A DNA stretch of 17,731 nt from Candidatus Micrarchaeota archaeon (GTDB taxonomy: Archaea > Iainarchaeota > Iainarchaeia > Iainarchaeales > JAGVWC01): contig JAZDJR010000022.1 in assembly GCA_043803815.1 (NCBI GenBank), forward strand, positions 1-17,731, written 5' to 3'. The translations under genes were made by a program, and so were the position numbers. Shown one piece after another: positions 1 through 8,034 of this stretch. Position 1 is the stretch's first letter. Each line of letters opens with the position of its first letter. The notes under the pieces were generated by a model. The model was not told the origin of the DNA and made no database searches. It worked only from the letters and a program-made list of their open reading frames with translations.

Positions 1-64
1 TGGTGTACCGGTGACCCCAAAGAACTATATCCCCCTTTGCCCCAAAACAATTTGGGCAAAGCAT
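1..64 (-). CDS. Partial N-terminus of a putative Zn-ribbon-containing transposase (MLCPNCFGAKGDIVLWGHRYT...)
   Basis: GGTGA RBS 4 nt before ATG. The CPxC...G pattern resembles IS1/IS6-type transposase N-terminal Zn ribbons. Runs off the window. Confidence 0.5.
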   Translation of the reverse strand, partial: MLCPNCFGAKGDIVLWGHRYT

Positions 65-140
65 TCAATCACCAAAATAAGAATGCTCGCCCCCTAAAAA
101 ATTAGACCTTTAAAAACCAACCGAGTTTGTCAGGAGTTCC
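1..140 (-). mobile_element. End of a putative IS-like repeated element (copy 1, truncated by window edge)
   Basis: Exact reverse complement of 17591-17730, with identity ending abruptly at GGAACTCCTGACAAACTC. Contains a TATA-like TTTAAA, a GGTGA RBS and the start of an outward-reading CPxC ORF. Confidence 0.6.
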
Positions 141-197
141 CCCCATAGGCATCCTTTTACCAAGACTTTTTTAAGACGGTTCGGGTAAAAGTTCAAA

Positions 198-1022
198 ATG
201 GCTCCAAATTTGGCAAACCCGCTTTGGAAAGGCGCTTCCAAAACCAAACAACAAATCCTCGAAGCCATTGGTTCGGACGCACCTTTGACCGCCAAACAAG
301 TGTTTGAACAGGTCCGACAAAAAAACAACGCGTCCATTTCGTACCAAGCGGTCCACAAAACATTAACCGCTTTGGAGCGCGAGCTCGTTTTGGAAAAAAC
401 TTCCAAAGGATACCAGTTCAATCGGGCATGGCTTGACAAAACCGAACAATGGCTGAAAACCGCCAAGGAACGATTAACCGAAAAAATGGATTTGGAAAAA
501 CCCGAACTCAAAATCTTTGACACCATTGTCGAACTCGGCGATTTTTTGATTTTTGACTTGTACCAATATCCGAAATCAAGCGAGGTTCCAACGGTTTGTT
601 TGTGGCGCAACATGTATTCCCTAATCGGATTATCCAAGCAAACCATGGATGAAATCCGCAAAACCACAAAACAAAAAAAATATTTTGTGCTTTGCCGGGG
701 AAACACTTTGGTGGACAAGTTCTTGGCCAAAACGTTTGAAAAAGTCGGAACCAGGGTCAAACTTGGGATTCCGCCTGATTTGCAGGATTGTGATTTGTTC
801 GCTGTCGGCGATCACGTATGCGAAGTGTATTTTTCGCCCCAGCATATGAAATGGTGGAAAGAAGTGTGGATCAAGCCGAAAAAAGTCAGCGAACTAGACT
901 TGGACGGAATTTTGTCCGCCATGCAAAAAACAAACAAGAACAAGGCGATTATTTACCACGACCCCGAACGCGCCGCTAAAATTCGAAAACAAGTTGAAAA
1001 ATGCTTCAAAAGGGAGAAGTAG
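198..1022 (+). CDS. Winged-HTH transcriptional regulator-like protein with uncharacterised C-terminal domain (paralog 1)
   Basis: 274 aa with N-terminal wHTH pattern (QILEAI...PLTAKQVF...ISYQAVHKTLTALERELVLEK). Clear paralog of the next gene. Confidence 0.8.
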   Translation: MAPNLANPLWKGASKTKQQILEAIGSDAPLTAKQVFEQVRQKNNASISYQAVHKTLTALERELVLEKTSKGYQFNRAWLDKTEQWLKTAKERLTEKMDLEKPELKIFDTIVELGDFLIFDLYQYPKSSEVPTVCLWRNMYSLIGLSKQTMDEIRKTTKQKKYFVLCRGNTLVDKFLAKTFEKVGTRVKLGIPPDLQDCDLFAVGDHVCEVYFSPQHMKWWKEVWIKPKKVSELDLDGILSAMQKTNKNKAIIYHDPERAAKIRKQVEKCFKREK

Positions 1023-1023
1023 C

Positions 1024-1839
1024 ATGCGAATGCCTTTGATTTTAACAAAAAAAACAGGGACAAGCAAAGACGCAATTATCCAAATTTTGGCCGACGAACC
1101 GTTGCTGTCCATTCAGGATATTTTTTCACGGTTCAAAAAACAGGCCGCCAAACCGATTTCATATCAGGCCGTTCACAAACTGCTAAAACAATTGGAAACC
1201 GAAGGAGTGGTCGACAAAATGGGTCCACACTACCGGTTGCGGCCGGAGTGGATTTTTGAAATGGAAAAATTTGTCGAACAATTGAAAACAACTCAGAACC
1301 AAAACAGCCCAAAAATGGAAAAGCCCCGAATCCAAACTTTTGAAGACATTATCCAAGTAGCGCGCTTTCTTCTCTATGATTTATTTGAATACCCAAAATC
1401 CGACACTTTGCCAATCGCCATGCAATGGAATATTATGTATTCGTTGATTGGGCTTTCAAAAGAAGAAATGGATAGTATCCGCCGCCTAAGCAAAACCAAA
1501 ACGATTCTGATTACCTGCAAAAGCAACAGCCTAGTCGACAAAATACTCGCAAAAACGTTTGAAAAAAACAACGCCAAAGTAAAACTCGGCATACATATTC
1601 CCGATTCATTTGACACTATCGCGGTCGGAGACCATGTCTGCGAAATTTATTTTGACAACCGATTCAAAAGCATTTTTAAAGCGCTTTGGAATAAACCCAA
1701 AAAAGTAAGCGAATTCAACCTGGACGCGGTACTGGAAGACATGCACAAAAAATGGAACACCAAAGCAATCATCTATTACGACCCCGCCCGCGCCGGCCAA
1801 ATTCGAAGCCGGGTGCTAAAAGAATTCGACAAAAAATAA
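1024..1839 (+). CDS. Winged-HTH transcriptional regulator-like protein (paralog 2)
   Basis: ATG 1 nt after the upstream stop (alternative ATG at 1030). Shares ISYQAVHK, MYSLIGLSK, AVGDHVCE.YF, KPKKVSE and KAIIY.DP.RA with paralog 1. Confidence 0.8.
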   Translation: MRMPLILTKKTGTSKDAIIQILADEPLLSIQDIFSRFKKQAAKPISYQAVHKLLKQLETEGVVDKMGPHYRLRPEWIFEMEKFVEQLKTTQNQNSPKMEKPRIQTFEDIIQVARFLLYDLFEYPKSDTLPIAMQWNIMYSLIGLSKEEMDSIRRLSKTKTILITCKSNSLVDKILAKTFEKNNAKVKLGIHIPDSFDTIAVGDHVCEIYFDNRFKSIFKALWNKPKKVSEFNLDAVLEDMHKKWNTKAIIYYDPARAGQIRSRVLKEFDKK

Positions 1840-1867
1840 GCATTGGCAGCTAACTCAACCTTCGGTT

Positions 1868-2428
1868 TTAGTCCTTTAGGGATAATTGCTCGCGAGGCTC
1901 GGTTTTGGCAAAATCGAATTCGGCTTGGGGCTGGATGACAAATTCGCAGGTTTTGCGGCCCTGGCAGGCGCATTGGTGCTCGACGCAGTCCACGTCAACG
2001 CCGAAAAGCTTGGAAAACATTCCCGCCAAAACCCCGCGATACACGTGGTCGACCGGCTTGGCGCTTTTTCCCTGCAAAGAAATTGCCACGGGGTTTTCGT
2101 CGACCACCATAATCGCGCGGTGATTGGTTTCGTCGATTTGGACATGGGAAAGTTTTCCCCAGCCCGACGCGGTAAAATATTCTTCCAAAAAAGAAACGGC
2201 TTTAAGAAGCGGCGGAGTCAACTGGAAAGACTGCAAGAGCGAATCGCGGACATGCGATTTTACCGCGGAATAAACCGCCTTGTTCGCGTTTTCGTCCGAA
2301 ATCAAGGCTAATCCGCTTAAGACTTCGAGAGGAACAATCGAAAACGGGGCGTTCATCAGGTAAAAATTAAAATGGGAATATTTCAGGCCGTTCGTAAAAA
2401 TGAACTTATCGTACCAAGTGTTTAGCAT
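1868..2428 (-). CDS. V4R (4-vinyl reductase-like) domain protein
   Basis: SGWGK...ENP...DHVYRGVLAGMFS...EHQCACQGRKTCEF matches the V4R pattern. GGTGA upstream of the ATG. Confidence 0.85.
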   Translation of the reverse strand: MLNTWYDKFIFTNGLKYSHFNFYLMNAPFSIVPLEVLSGLALISDENANKAVYSAVKSHVRDSLLQSFQLTPPLLKAVSFLEEYFTASGWGKLSHVQIDETNHRAIMVVDENPVAISLQGKSAKPVDHVYRGVLAGMFSKLFGVDVDCVEHQCACQGRKTCEFVIQPQAEFDFAKTEPREQLSLKD

Positions 2429-2480
2429 TGCAACTCACCAAACGAATTATTCAACATTATCATTCACCAAAAATTTCGGA

Positions 2481-2885
2481 TTAAACAACCCCTTTAGGGT
2501 CGGAAATAACCGGAGAAAAATTTTCAGGATTTGAACCGGAGTTATCCGGATTTTGCCGGGGCTGCGAACGCGGCGAGGAATTCAGAATCGAGTGAAACGC
2601 GCGGTATTTTTCCACTTCAACCGGCCAGACCACCAAAGAATTTCCCATGCGCTTGGAAAACAACAAGCGCTTTTCCACGAGTTTTTTCAAATAATACGAA
2701 AACTTGGTCGAGGCGCGCTTTTTGGATTCGCACGTGGAAATGTCATGGCGAAAATGCACCGCAACTTCCAAAGGCCCGACCGGCCAGGATTCCAAAACAA
2801 ACTCAAACACGCGGCGCTCGGTTTCACTAAGCAAAACAGCCGAATCACCGCTGGATTCTGCAATTGCAGAAAACGAGTCTTTCAT
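2481..2885 (-). CDS. Winged-HTH domain protein
   Basis: ETERRVFEFV...GPLEVA...FSYYLKKLVEKRLLFSKRMGNSLVVW is wHTH-like. Co-oriented with the V4R gene. Confidence 0.65.
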   Translation of the reverse strand: MKDSFSAIAESSGDSAVLLSETERRVFEFVLESWPVGPLEVAVHFRHDISTCESKKRASTKFSYYLKKLVEKRLLFSKRMGNSLVVWPVEVEKYRAFHSILNSSPRSQPRQNPDNSGSNPENFSPVISDPKGVV

Positions 2886-3071
2886 TCAGCTTCAAAATAG
2901 TGTTTTTGGAATAAAAACATTTGTAATATCTGGATACCCAGAATTTAAAATTTTTAACGGCAATCAACGGAAAAAAAGGCAAATTTAAGAAAATTGATTC
3001 ATTCTTTGACCATAACCAAAACCACCTATTAATATTTTTACTTATTTATCTTATTTAAGGTGAATAAGGAT

Positions 3072-3269
3072 ATGGTCAATATGACAATGGCAATCCCTAA
3101 AGAATTGCATAAAGCAATGCGAGAACACCCTGAAATCAAATGGTCGGAAGTTGCGCGGCAAGCAATTGAAGTCAAACTTCAAACCGTTGAAAAAGACCCG
3201 TGGAAAGCGTACGCCGCAAGACACGCATTAAAGGACTGGGACGATGCAGATGAACTCCTCAAACATTGA
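3072..3269 (+). CDS. Ribbon-helix-helix antitoxin
   Basis: MVNMTMAIPKELHKAMREHPEIKWSEVARQAI is a typical archaeal RHH/CopG-like antitoxin sequence. AGGTGA RBS upstream; overlaps the toxin gene. Confidence 0.8.
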   Translation: MVNMTMAIPKELHKAMREHPEIKWSEVARQAIEVKLQTVEKDPWKAYAARHALKDWDDADELLKH

Positions 3270-3600
3270 ACAGGGCGAAATCATCGTCGCCGACATCGGT
3301 TATTCCAACCAAGAAGGAACCAAACGCAGACTCGCGCTCGTAATCAGTTCGACAGAATACAACAAAACGGCGCTGGATGTAATCACACTCAAAATCACTT
3401 CAAAACCTAAAAACAAAACGTTTGATGTTTCCATAACCAATCAAGACACCCTTAACCAAAACTTGGCCAAACCCAGCGTTATCCGAACCGATTATCCATT
3501 CGTAGTGGAAAAACAAAATATACTGCAGCGCACGGACAAAATAACTGCCGAAAAACTGGTTGAAGCAAAGCAAAAAATAAAAATTGTGTTCAAATTGTAA
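3244..3600 (+). CDS. mazF: Type II toxin, PemK/MazF family endoribonuclease
   Basis: QGEIIVADIGYS...KRRLALVISS...ITS...SVIRTD matches PemK/MazF motifs. Start may be 3250. Confidence 0.85.
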   Translation: MQMNSSNIEQGEIIVADIGYSNQEGTKRRLALVISSTEYNKTALDVITLKITSKPKNKTFDVSITNQDTLNQNLAKPSVIRTDYPFVVEKQNILQRTDKITAEKLVEAKQKIKIVFKL

Positions 3601-3650
3601 ATCGTCCTAAAAACTGCGCTTTTTTAAAGCCGGACAGGCAATGTAATAAC

Positions 3651-4616
3651 ATGCCGACCGTTACCATGGACCTGCATTCGCACCAGTTCGAGCGCAAGGT
3701 TAAAAGCAGGGATTACTGGCGGGAAGCGGACAAGCGCGGAATCGACGTGATGGCGATTACCGAGCACACGCATTTTGACGCCAAAAAATCGTTCGACGTT
3801 TTGCTGGCCGAAAAGCCGCGGAACAAAATCCTGGTTCCGGGGCTTGAACTGAACTCCAGCATCGGCCACACCCTTTGCTTAGCCCCAACGCCGGAAATTT
3901 ATTCGGAAAAAAAACTTTTCGAATTCGGAGTGGACATTGAAACCGCAAGCGACATCGCCAAAAAGCACGGCGCATTGCTTGTGGCCGCGCATCCCTGGGG
4001 ATACCAGCACGATTCCGCCGCGTTTTTGGTGGGACCCAAGCAAGTGCTAAAATTGATGCGCAGGCTGAATCTGGGAATCGAAGCGTACAACGGCATGGTG
4101 GGCCATTTAAGCGACATTATTTACGATTCCGCCTGGGTTCGAAAACCGTTTAACTTTTTGGCGTTTTTGGAAAAAAACAAGTTCACCAGAACTGTCGGCC
4201 TTGGAAGAATCGGCGGCAGGCTGAAAAAAAACATGGATGCCAGCATCTGGAACACCCTCGCGCGGGTAAGTGCGGGAACCGAACTGGGAGAAAAAGCGAG
4301 TTTTATTACGGCCGGAAGCGACGCCCACACGGCCGACCGCGTCGGCGAAGGAATGATGAAAATCAGCGCGGACGAGGAACTCAAAACGCCGTTTGACGTT
4401 TTGGAGCTGATTCAGCAAAAAAAACGGATGGTGTGGTGCGGAGTCGGAGTCGAGGAAATCCGCCCCGGCGTGTACAAAAAAATCAAGCGCTCGAACATCA
4501 CCGGCAGCGAAATCTGGGACGGCATAAAATACGCGACCAAGCGAACCGTTACGGAAAAAGTGTGGAAAAAAATCCGCAGAAACAAAAAAGCCGGAACAAA
4601 GGAAGCGGCCGAATGA
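3651..4616 (+). CDS. PHP-domain metal-dependent phosphoesterase
   Basis: DLHSH, AITEH, PGLE, GH, AAHP, IEAYNG and GSDAH metal-binding motifs. Confidence 0.88.
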   Translation: MPTVTMDLHSHQFERKVKSRDYWREADKRGIDVMAITEHTHFDAKKSFDVLLAEKPRNKILVPGLELNSSIGHTLCLAPTPEIYSEKKLFEFGVDIETASDIAKKHGALLVAAHPWGYQHDSAAFLVGPKQVLKLMRRLNLGIEAYNGMVGHLSDIIYDSAWVRKPFNFLAFLEKNKFTRTVGLGRIGGRLKKNMDASIWNTLARVSAGTELGEKASFITAGSDAHTADRVGEGMMKISADEELKTPFDVLELIQQKKRMVWCGVGVEEIRPGVYKKIKRSNITGSEIWDGIKYATKRTVTEKVWKKIRRNKKAGTKEAAE

Positions 4617-5020
4617 AGTGCGCGGTCTGGCCCAACACAGCCTTGCGGCAAATTCCGCTGAATACCACCGAACTTCATTTGGTACGGCCGCTAAGCCTAA
4701 AAAAACTTTCGGAAATCACAGCCAAGCGAAAAATAAAAGCGGTTTCGTACAGCGAATCGACCGCCAAGCGGCTTAAAGCCAAAACCAAGGAATTTTTGGC
4801 CAATCATTCCATTCTCCTTTCGGTTTCCAATCAGGCGGGCCGGCCCTTGTCCGCAACCCTGGAAAAAATGCTGTCGGTTGTTGAAATGGTGCGCGACCAC
4901 CGGTCGTTTCGCGAAATCCAAGACACGACCGGTATTGCCAAAAGCACGTGCCATTACTGGATTCGCCACGCCAAAAGGCAAAAAATCAGGGACAATGGAA
5001 AAACGCTTTTTTTGCGGTAA
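4613..5020 (+). CDS. Hypothetical protein, DUF1699-like N-terminus plus C-terminal HTH
   Basis: ATGA overlap with the PHP stop. LHLVRP...SES...AGRP followed by an HTH (SFREIQDTTGIAKSTCHYWI). Family call is from memory of similar euryarchaeal proteins. Confidence 0.6.
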   Translation: MKCAVWPNTALRQIPLNTTELHLVRPLSLKKLSEITAKRKIKAVSYSESTAKRLKAKTKEFLANHSILLSVSNQAGRPLSATLEKMLSVVEMVRDHRSFREIQDTTGIAKSTCHYWIRHAKRQKIRDNGKTLFLR

Positions 5021-5111
5021 AACCCGTTTATTCGCTTATTTAACCCAAATGCTTTTTATATAAGGTTCGGCTCCTAAATAGATAGAAACCGGCTTTTTCA
5101 AAGGAATTTTC

Positions 5112-5489
5112 ATGGTCACCAAAAAAAAATCCAGTGCTAAAACTGCGGTAAAAAAATCCGCAAGTCCGCCAGCTAAAACGCAGCCGCGGCCCAAAAAATC
5201 CAAGCGAACACTCGAAGAACGGCTGATGGAATGGGATGAAGAGGAAGAAGACGACAACGCGCCGGCTTTGCACATCAGCGAGGAAATGCGCGCCAGACTT
5301 TTGAAAGAAGAGTTCAAACTGCGGAAAAAACAGCCGACCGCATGGACCAAAACCAAATACCGGAAATTCGCTTTTTTTAACACCGGCAAAAAAAAGGAAA
5401 AAGAAAAAGTCATGATTCAGGAAGAGCACGAAATCGAAAGCGAACAAAAAGCAAAAGACAAGAAAAAACAGGAACGCAAAAAGAAATAA
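5112..5489 (+). CDS. Lys-rich/acidic low-complexity hypothetical protein
   Basis: 125-aa ORF with AAGGA upstream and a TTTTTATATAA TATA-like element near 5053-5063. No family recognised. Confidence 0.6.
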   Translation: MVTKKKSSAKTAVKKSASPPAKTQPRPKKSKRTLEERLMEWDEEEEDDNAPALHISEEMRARLLKEEFKLRKKQPTAWTKTKYRKFAFFNTGKKKEKEKVMIQEEHEIESEQKAKDKKKQERKKK

Positions 5490-5492
5490 ATC

Positions 5493-5621
5493 TTATTTTT
5501 CAATCGCTTTGCTCTGGCGCGTATGGCAGGACGGGCATTCGAATTCCTGAACGATTTTTCCCATCAATACGCGTTCAAGACCAATACGCCGCATTCGTTC
5601 TTTGCAAACCGGACAATCCAT
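5493..5621 (-). CDS. 42-aa Zn-ribbon microprotein (MDCPVCKERMRRIGLERVLMGKIVQEFECPSCHTRQSKAIEK)
   Basis: Manually translated; absent from the ORF track. Two CPxC motifs; GGTGA RBS overlapping the DHH stop, 5 nt before the ATG. Confidence 0.75.
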   Translation of the reverse strand: MDCPVCKERMRRIGLERVLMGKIVQEFECPSCHTRQSKAIEK

Positions 5622-5626
5622 ACTAT

Positions 5627-6679
5627 TCACCAGTGCATACTTTTCCGTTTGACTTCCTTTTTAGAGTTTTGGTTTTTATTTTCGGATTTTTCCAAAAAAA
5701 CAGCGGCCAGTTCGACGGCTTTTTGCAGCACTTGCTGCGGCCCCGCGTTTTGGCAGGAAAAACCCGCGGCTCCCGCGTGGCCGTTTCCGAAACCGTCAAA
5801 AAAACCGGCTAAGGGAACGCAAACCTGTTTTCCCGCGTGAAAACCCGCTTTTTGGACCACGCTATGGGAAGAGCGGACGCTTAAGCGGGTGAATTTGGTC
5901 TTGGCATCCACTCCCGCAACCAAAGCAACGTCGCTTCCGGCGGCAATCAGGGCGTTGGCGCTTTGGCTTTCAAAAAAATCCACATTGGAAAACGCAATCA
6001 AAAAAGAAGCGACCTGCAAAACCTGCACACGCTGAAGGCTTTTCAGCTTGGCCAATCGTTCGGAAACCGGTTCGTTAACCGCGGTCAATTGGTGCAAATC
6101 GCCGACCGACAAACCAGTTTGTTCAAGGCACGTTCCAAGCTGTTTTATTAATTTTGCATTGGCAATGGACAGGTCGGCGGAATCCGACACCATGCCGCAA
6201 GCAAAAGCAATCAGGGATTTTTTGGAAACCGGAAACTTGGATTCCAAAAGCAAATCAAAGGCCAGTTGCGACGCGGATTGGACTTTCGGGTCCAGAACCG
6301 AAAAAGGGGTTTTAAGCGAGCCAATGGTTTTCGGGTGATGGTCGATTAACAGCACGGGTTTTTTAAATTTTTTCAATTGATCCTGCGAATCGTGCAGGCG
6401 GTTCGGCGCGTTAAAATCGCAGCAAATAATCGCGTCAAAAGAATCCAAAACGGGATTTACAATCAGGGATACGCCGAGTTTTTCGGCTAACTTGCCGGCG
6501 GTTTGGTTGGGGTGTCCAAAAACGCCTACAACATAGCGGTTTTTTTTGGGCAGGGAAAAAAACAGGCCTAAAGCGGTTCCAACCGAGTCCAGGTCGGCGT
6601 TGGAATGGCAAAGTAATAAAATCCGGCTTTTGGGCGAAAGCGAACCGATAAATCGCTTGAGAATAGTGGGCATACCCAA
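5627..6679 (-). CDS. DHH/DHHA1 family phosphoesterase (NrnA-like)
   Basis: HSNADLDS, CCDF, IDHH, GMVSDS and GNGHAGAAG motifs. Usual position after prefoldin beta. Confidence 0.9.
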   Translation of the reverse strand: MGMPTILKRFIGSLSPKSRILLLCHSNADLDSVGTALGLFFSLPKKNRYVVGVFGHPNQTAGKLAEKLGVSLIVNPVLDSFDAIICCDFNAPNRLHDSQDQLKKFKKPVLLIDHHPKTIGSLKTPFSVLDPKVQSASQLAFDLLLESKFPVSKKSLIAFACGMVSDSADLSIANAKLIKQLGTCLEQTGLSVGDLHQLTAVNEPVSERLAKLKSLQRVQVLQVASFLIAFSNVDFFESQSANALIAAGSDVALVAGVDAKTKFTRLSVRSSHSVVQKAGFHAGKQVCVPLAGFFDGFGNGHAGAAGFSCQNAGPQQVLQKAVELAAVFLEKSENKNQNSKKEVKRKSMHW

Positions 6680-6689
6680 GAGAATGGGC

Positions 6690-7076
6690 TTATGCTTTTT
6701 TGTTCTTTTTGGATGGCTCGGAAACGGTTTCGTCGCCTTGTTCCTGCGGCTTTAGCGCGGTTTCGATTTTGCTGCGCAATGCGTTAAGCTTGGAAACGGT
6801 CGCGTCTTCCTGTTTTTGAAGGGTTTTTAGCCGCAAGTCGATGGTTTCTTTGGCGTCCGCGAGTTCTTTTTTGGTATCCAAAACGTCGGTTAAAATCAAA
6901 ATGTTTCCGACCGCCTTGTATACTTTTTTCTCGGTTGTCTTGTCGAGTTCTTCAATCGATTTTCCCAGGGTAACGGACTGCATCTGGAGCTGCTGTTTTT
7001 GGCCGGAAATGGCCATCAGCTGGTTTCGGTTCCGTTCAAATTCCATAATGTCTTCTTGGCTGGGTTGTCCGGGCAT
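6690..7076 (-). CDS. pfdB: Prefoldin beta subunit
   Basis: Coiled coils flanking KVYKAVGNILI; operon context. Confidence 0.95.
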   Translation of the reverse strand: MPGQPSQEDIMEFERNRNQLMAISGQKQQLQMQSVTLGKSIEELDKTTEKKVYKAVGNILILTDVLDTKKELADAKETIDLRLKTLQKQEDATVSKLNALRSKIETALKPQEQGDETVSEPSKKNKKA

Positions 7077-7080
7077 ATTT

Positions 7081-7236
7081 TGATTGCTCCTTTTTCATTT
7101 TGAATTTTTTAATCCGATTTTTAAAGTAACGCAAGATTTTATTTTTAAAACCGTTTTTTATCGCTGATTTTTTGTTTTTATCCGATTTTTATTTTATTTG
7201 TTTTTGATTTTATCCATTTTTTATCCGATTTTATTT
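7081..7236. repeat. AT-rich low-complexity spacer with three exact ATCCGATTTT copies
   Basis: ATCCGATTTT at 7112, 7180 and 7223, plus a variant TATCCATTTT at 7211. Confidence 0.6.
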
Positions 7237-7506
7237 TTATTCGTTTTTGTGTTTGCTTTGGGTGGATTGCAATTGCTGAACCAATGCAACCGATTTTATT
7301 GTTCCGTGCACTTTTGCTTTCCAAACGCTGTAATCGCCGGCTTTTATTTGGCATTCGAGTATGCGGCCGTTTTTTTTGAAAACGGTTTCGGAGCGCTCGA
7401 ACGAAACATCGGTTTCGGCTTCCAGCGCTTTTTTCGCATTCTCCGCGTTTTTTTCAGCGGAAAACCAAAAAAAAATCTTGGCGTTCCACGAATTATCGGA
7501 CATCAT
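7237..7506 (-). CDS. pcc1: KEOPS complex subunit Pcc1
   Basis: MMSDNSWNAKIFF...ALEAE...ERS...ILECQIKAGDYS..KAKVH. Size and position between rpoP and pfdB fit Pcc1; start overlaps the rpoP stop. Confidence 0.8.
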   Translation of the reverse strand: MMSDNSWNAKIFFWFSAEKNAENAKKALEAETDVSFERSETVFKKNGRILECQIKAGDYSVWKAKVHGTIKSVALVQQLQSTQSKHKNE

Positions 7507-7640
7507 TAATGGACCGGCACTTCTTTGGCAACGGGCTGGCGGGTTTTGTACAAAACCTTGTTGGCGCACATGGGGCAGCGCACAAACGCTCCGGTTAACA
7601 GGTCGACCATTGCTCCGCATTTTCCGCATTTGTAAGGCAT
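7506..7640 (-). CDS. rpoP: DNA-directed RNA polymerase subunit P (Rpo12)
   Basis: Manual translation MPYKCGKCGAMVDLLTGAFVRCPMCANKVLYKTRQPVAKEVPVH (44 aa; not in ORF track). Follows rpl37ae. Confidence 0.93.
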   Translation of the reverse strand: MPYKCGKCGAMVDLLTGAFVRCPMCANKVLYKTRQPVAKEVPVH

Positions 7641-7643
7641 TAT

Positions 7644-7979
7644 TTAAGCCTCCGCCGGTTCCGCTGATTCCGCAGTTTTTTCTTCGTTGACCCGAAGCAG
7701 TTCGGCCACGTTGGGCAAAAAGCTTTTTTGGCTGACCATTTTGGCGACAATCGAGCCGGTCAGGGTCTGTGGAAAATACGCTCCGCCGGTAAAAATGCTT
7801 CCGCATTTTTTGCAGGCAAAAATGCCGCTGGCTTTTCTAAAAACGCGGATAAAGCCGCAGGACGGGCAGGTTCCGGCCTTGTGCTGTTTTTCCTCGATTT
7901 TGATGACCCGGCGCCTGATGCCGATTCCGTATCGGGAACCAAAGCGTCCGGCGCTTTTGACTTTTTTTGTCGAACTCAT
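7644..7979 (-). CDS. rpl37ae: 50S ribosomal protein L37ae (eL43)
   Basis: TKKVKSAGRFGSRYG, CPSC...CKKC and FTGGAY motifs. Confidence 0.97.
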   Translation of the reverse strand: MSSTKKVKSAGRFGSRYGIGIRRRVIKIEEKQHKAGTCPSCGFIRVFRKASGIFACKKCGSIFTGGAYFPQTLTGSIVAKMVSQKSFLPNVAELLRVNEEKTAESAEPAEA

Positions 7980-8034
7980 GCTAAAATTTCCTAGGGAAGC
8001 CTTTAAAAAAACTGTTCTCGGCTTTTAACCCCTT

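Noticed and set aside
110-760. Long antisense or alternative-frame ORFs (e.g. 110-760, 9108-9752, 10892-11692, 15183-15851)
   Set aside because: They are shadows of well-supported genes on the opposite strand and carry no motifs.
198-1839. Diversity-generating retroelement template/variable repeat pair
   Set aside because: The similarity is protein-level across whole genes, not adenine-specific, and no reverse transcriptase is present.
7081-7236. CRISPR array or replication origin
   Set aside because: Repeats are only 10 nt and irregularly spaced; no cas or cdc6 genes and no ORB-like G strings.
7237-7806. ORF-track N-terminal extensions (7237-7806, 12417-13265, 14582-16054, 4433-5020)
   Set aside because: The extensions overlap rpoP/rpl37ae, rpp30, tRNA-Ala or the PHP gene; internal ATGs give the plausible starts.
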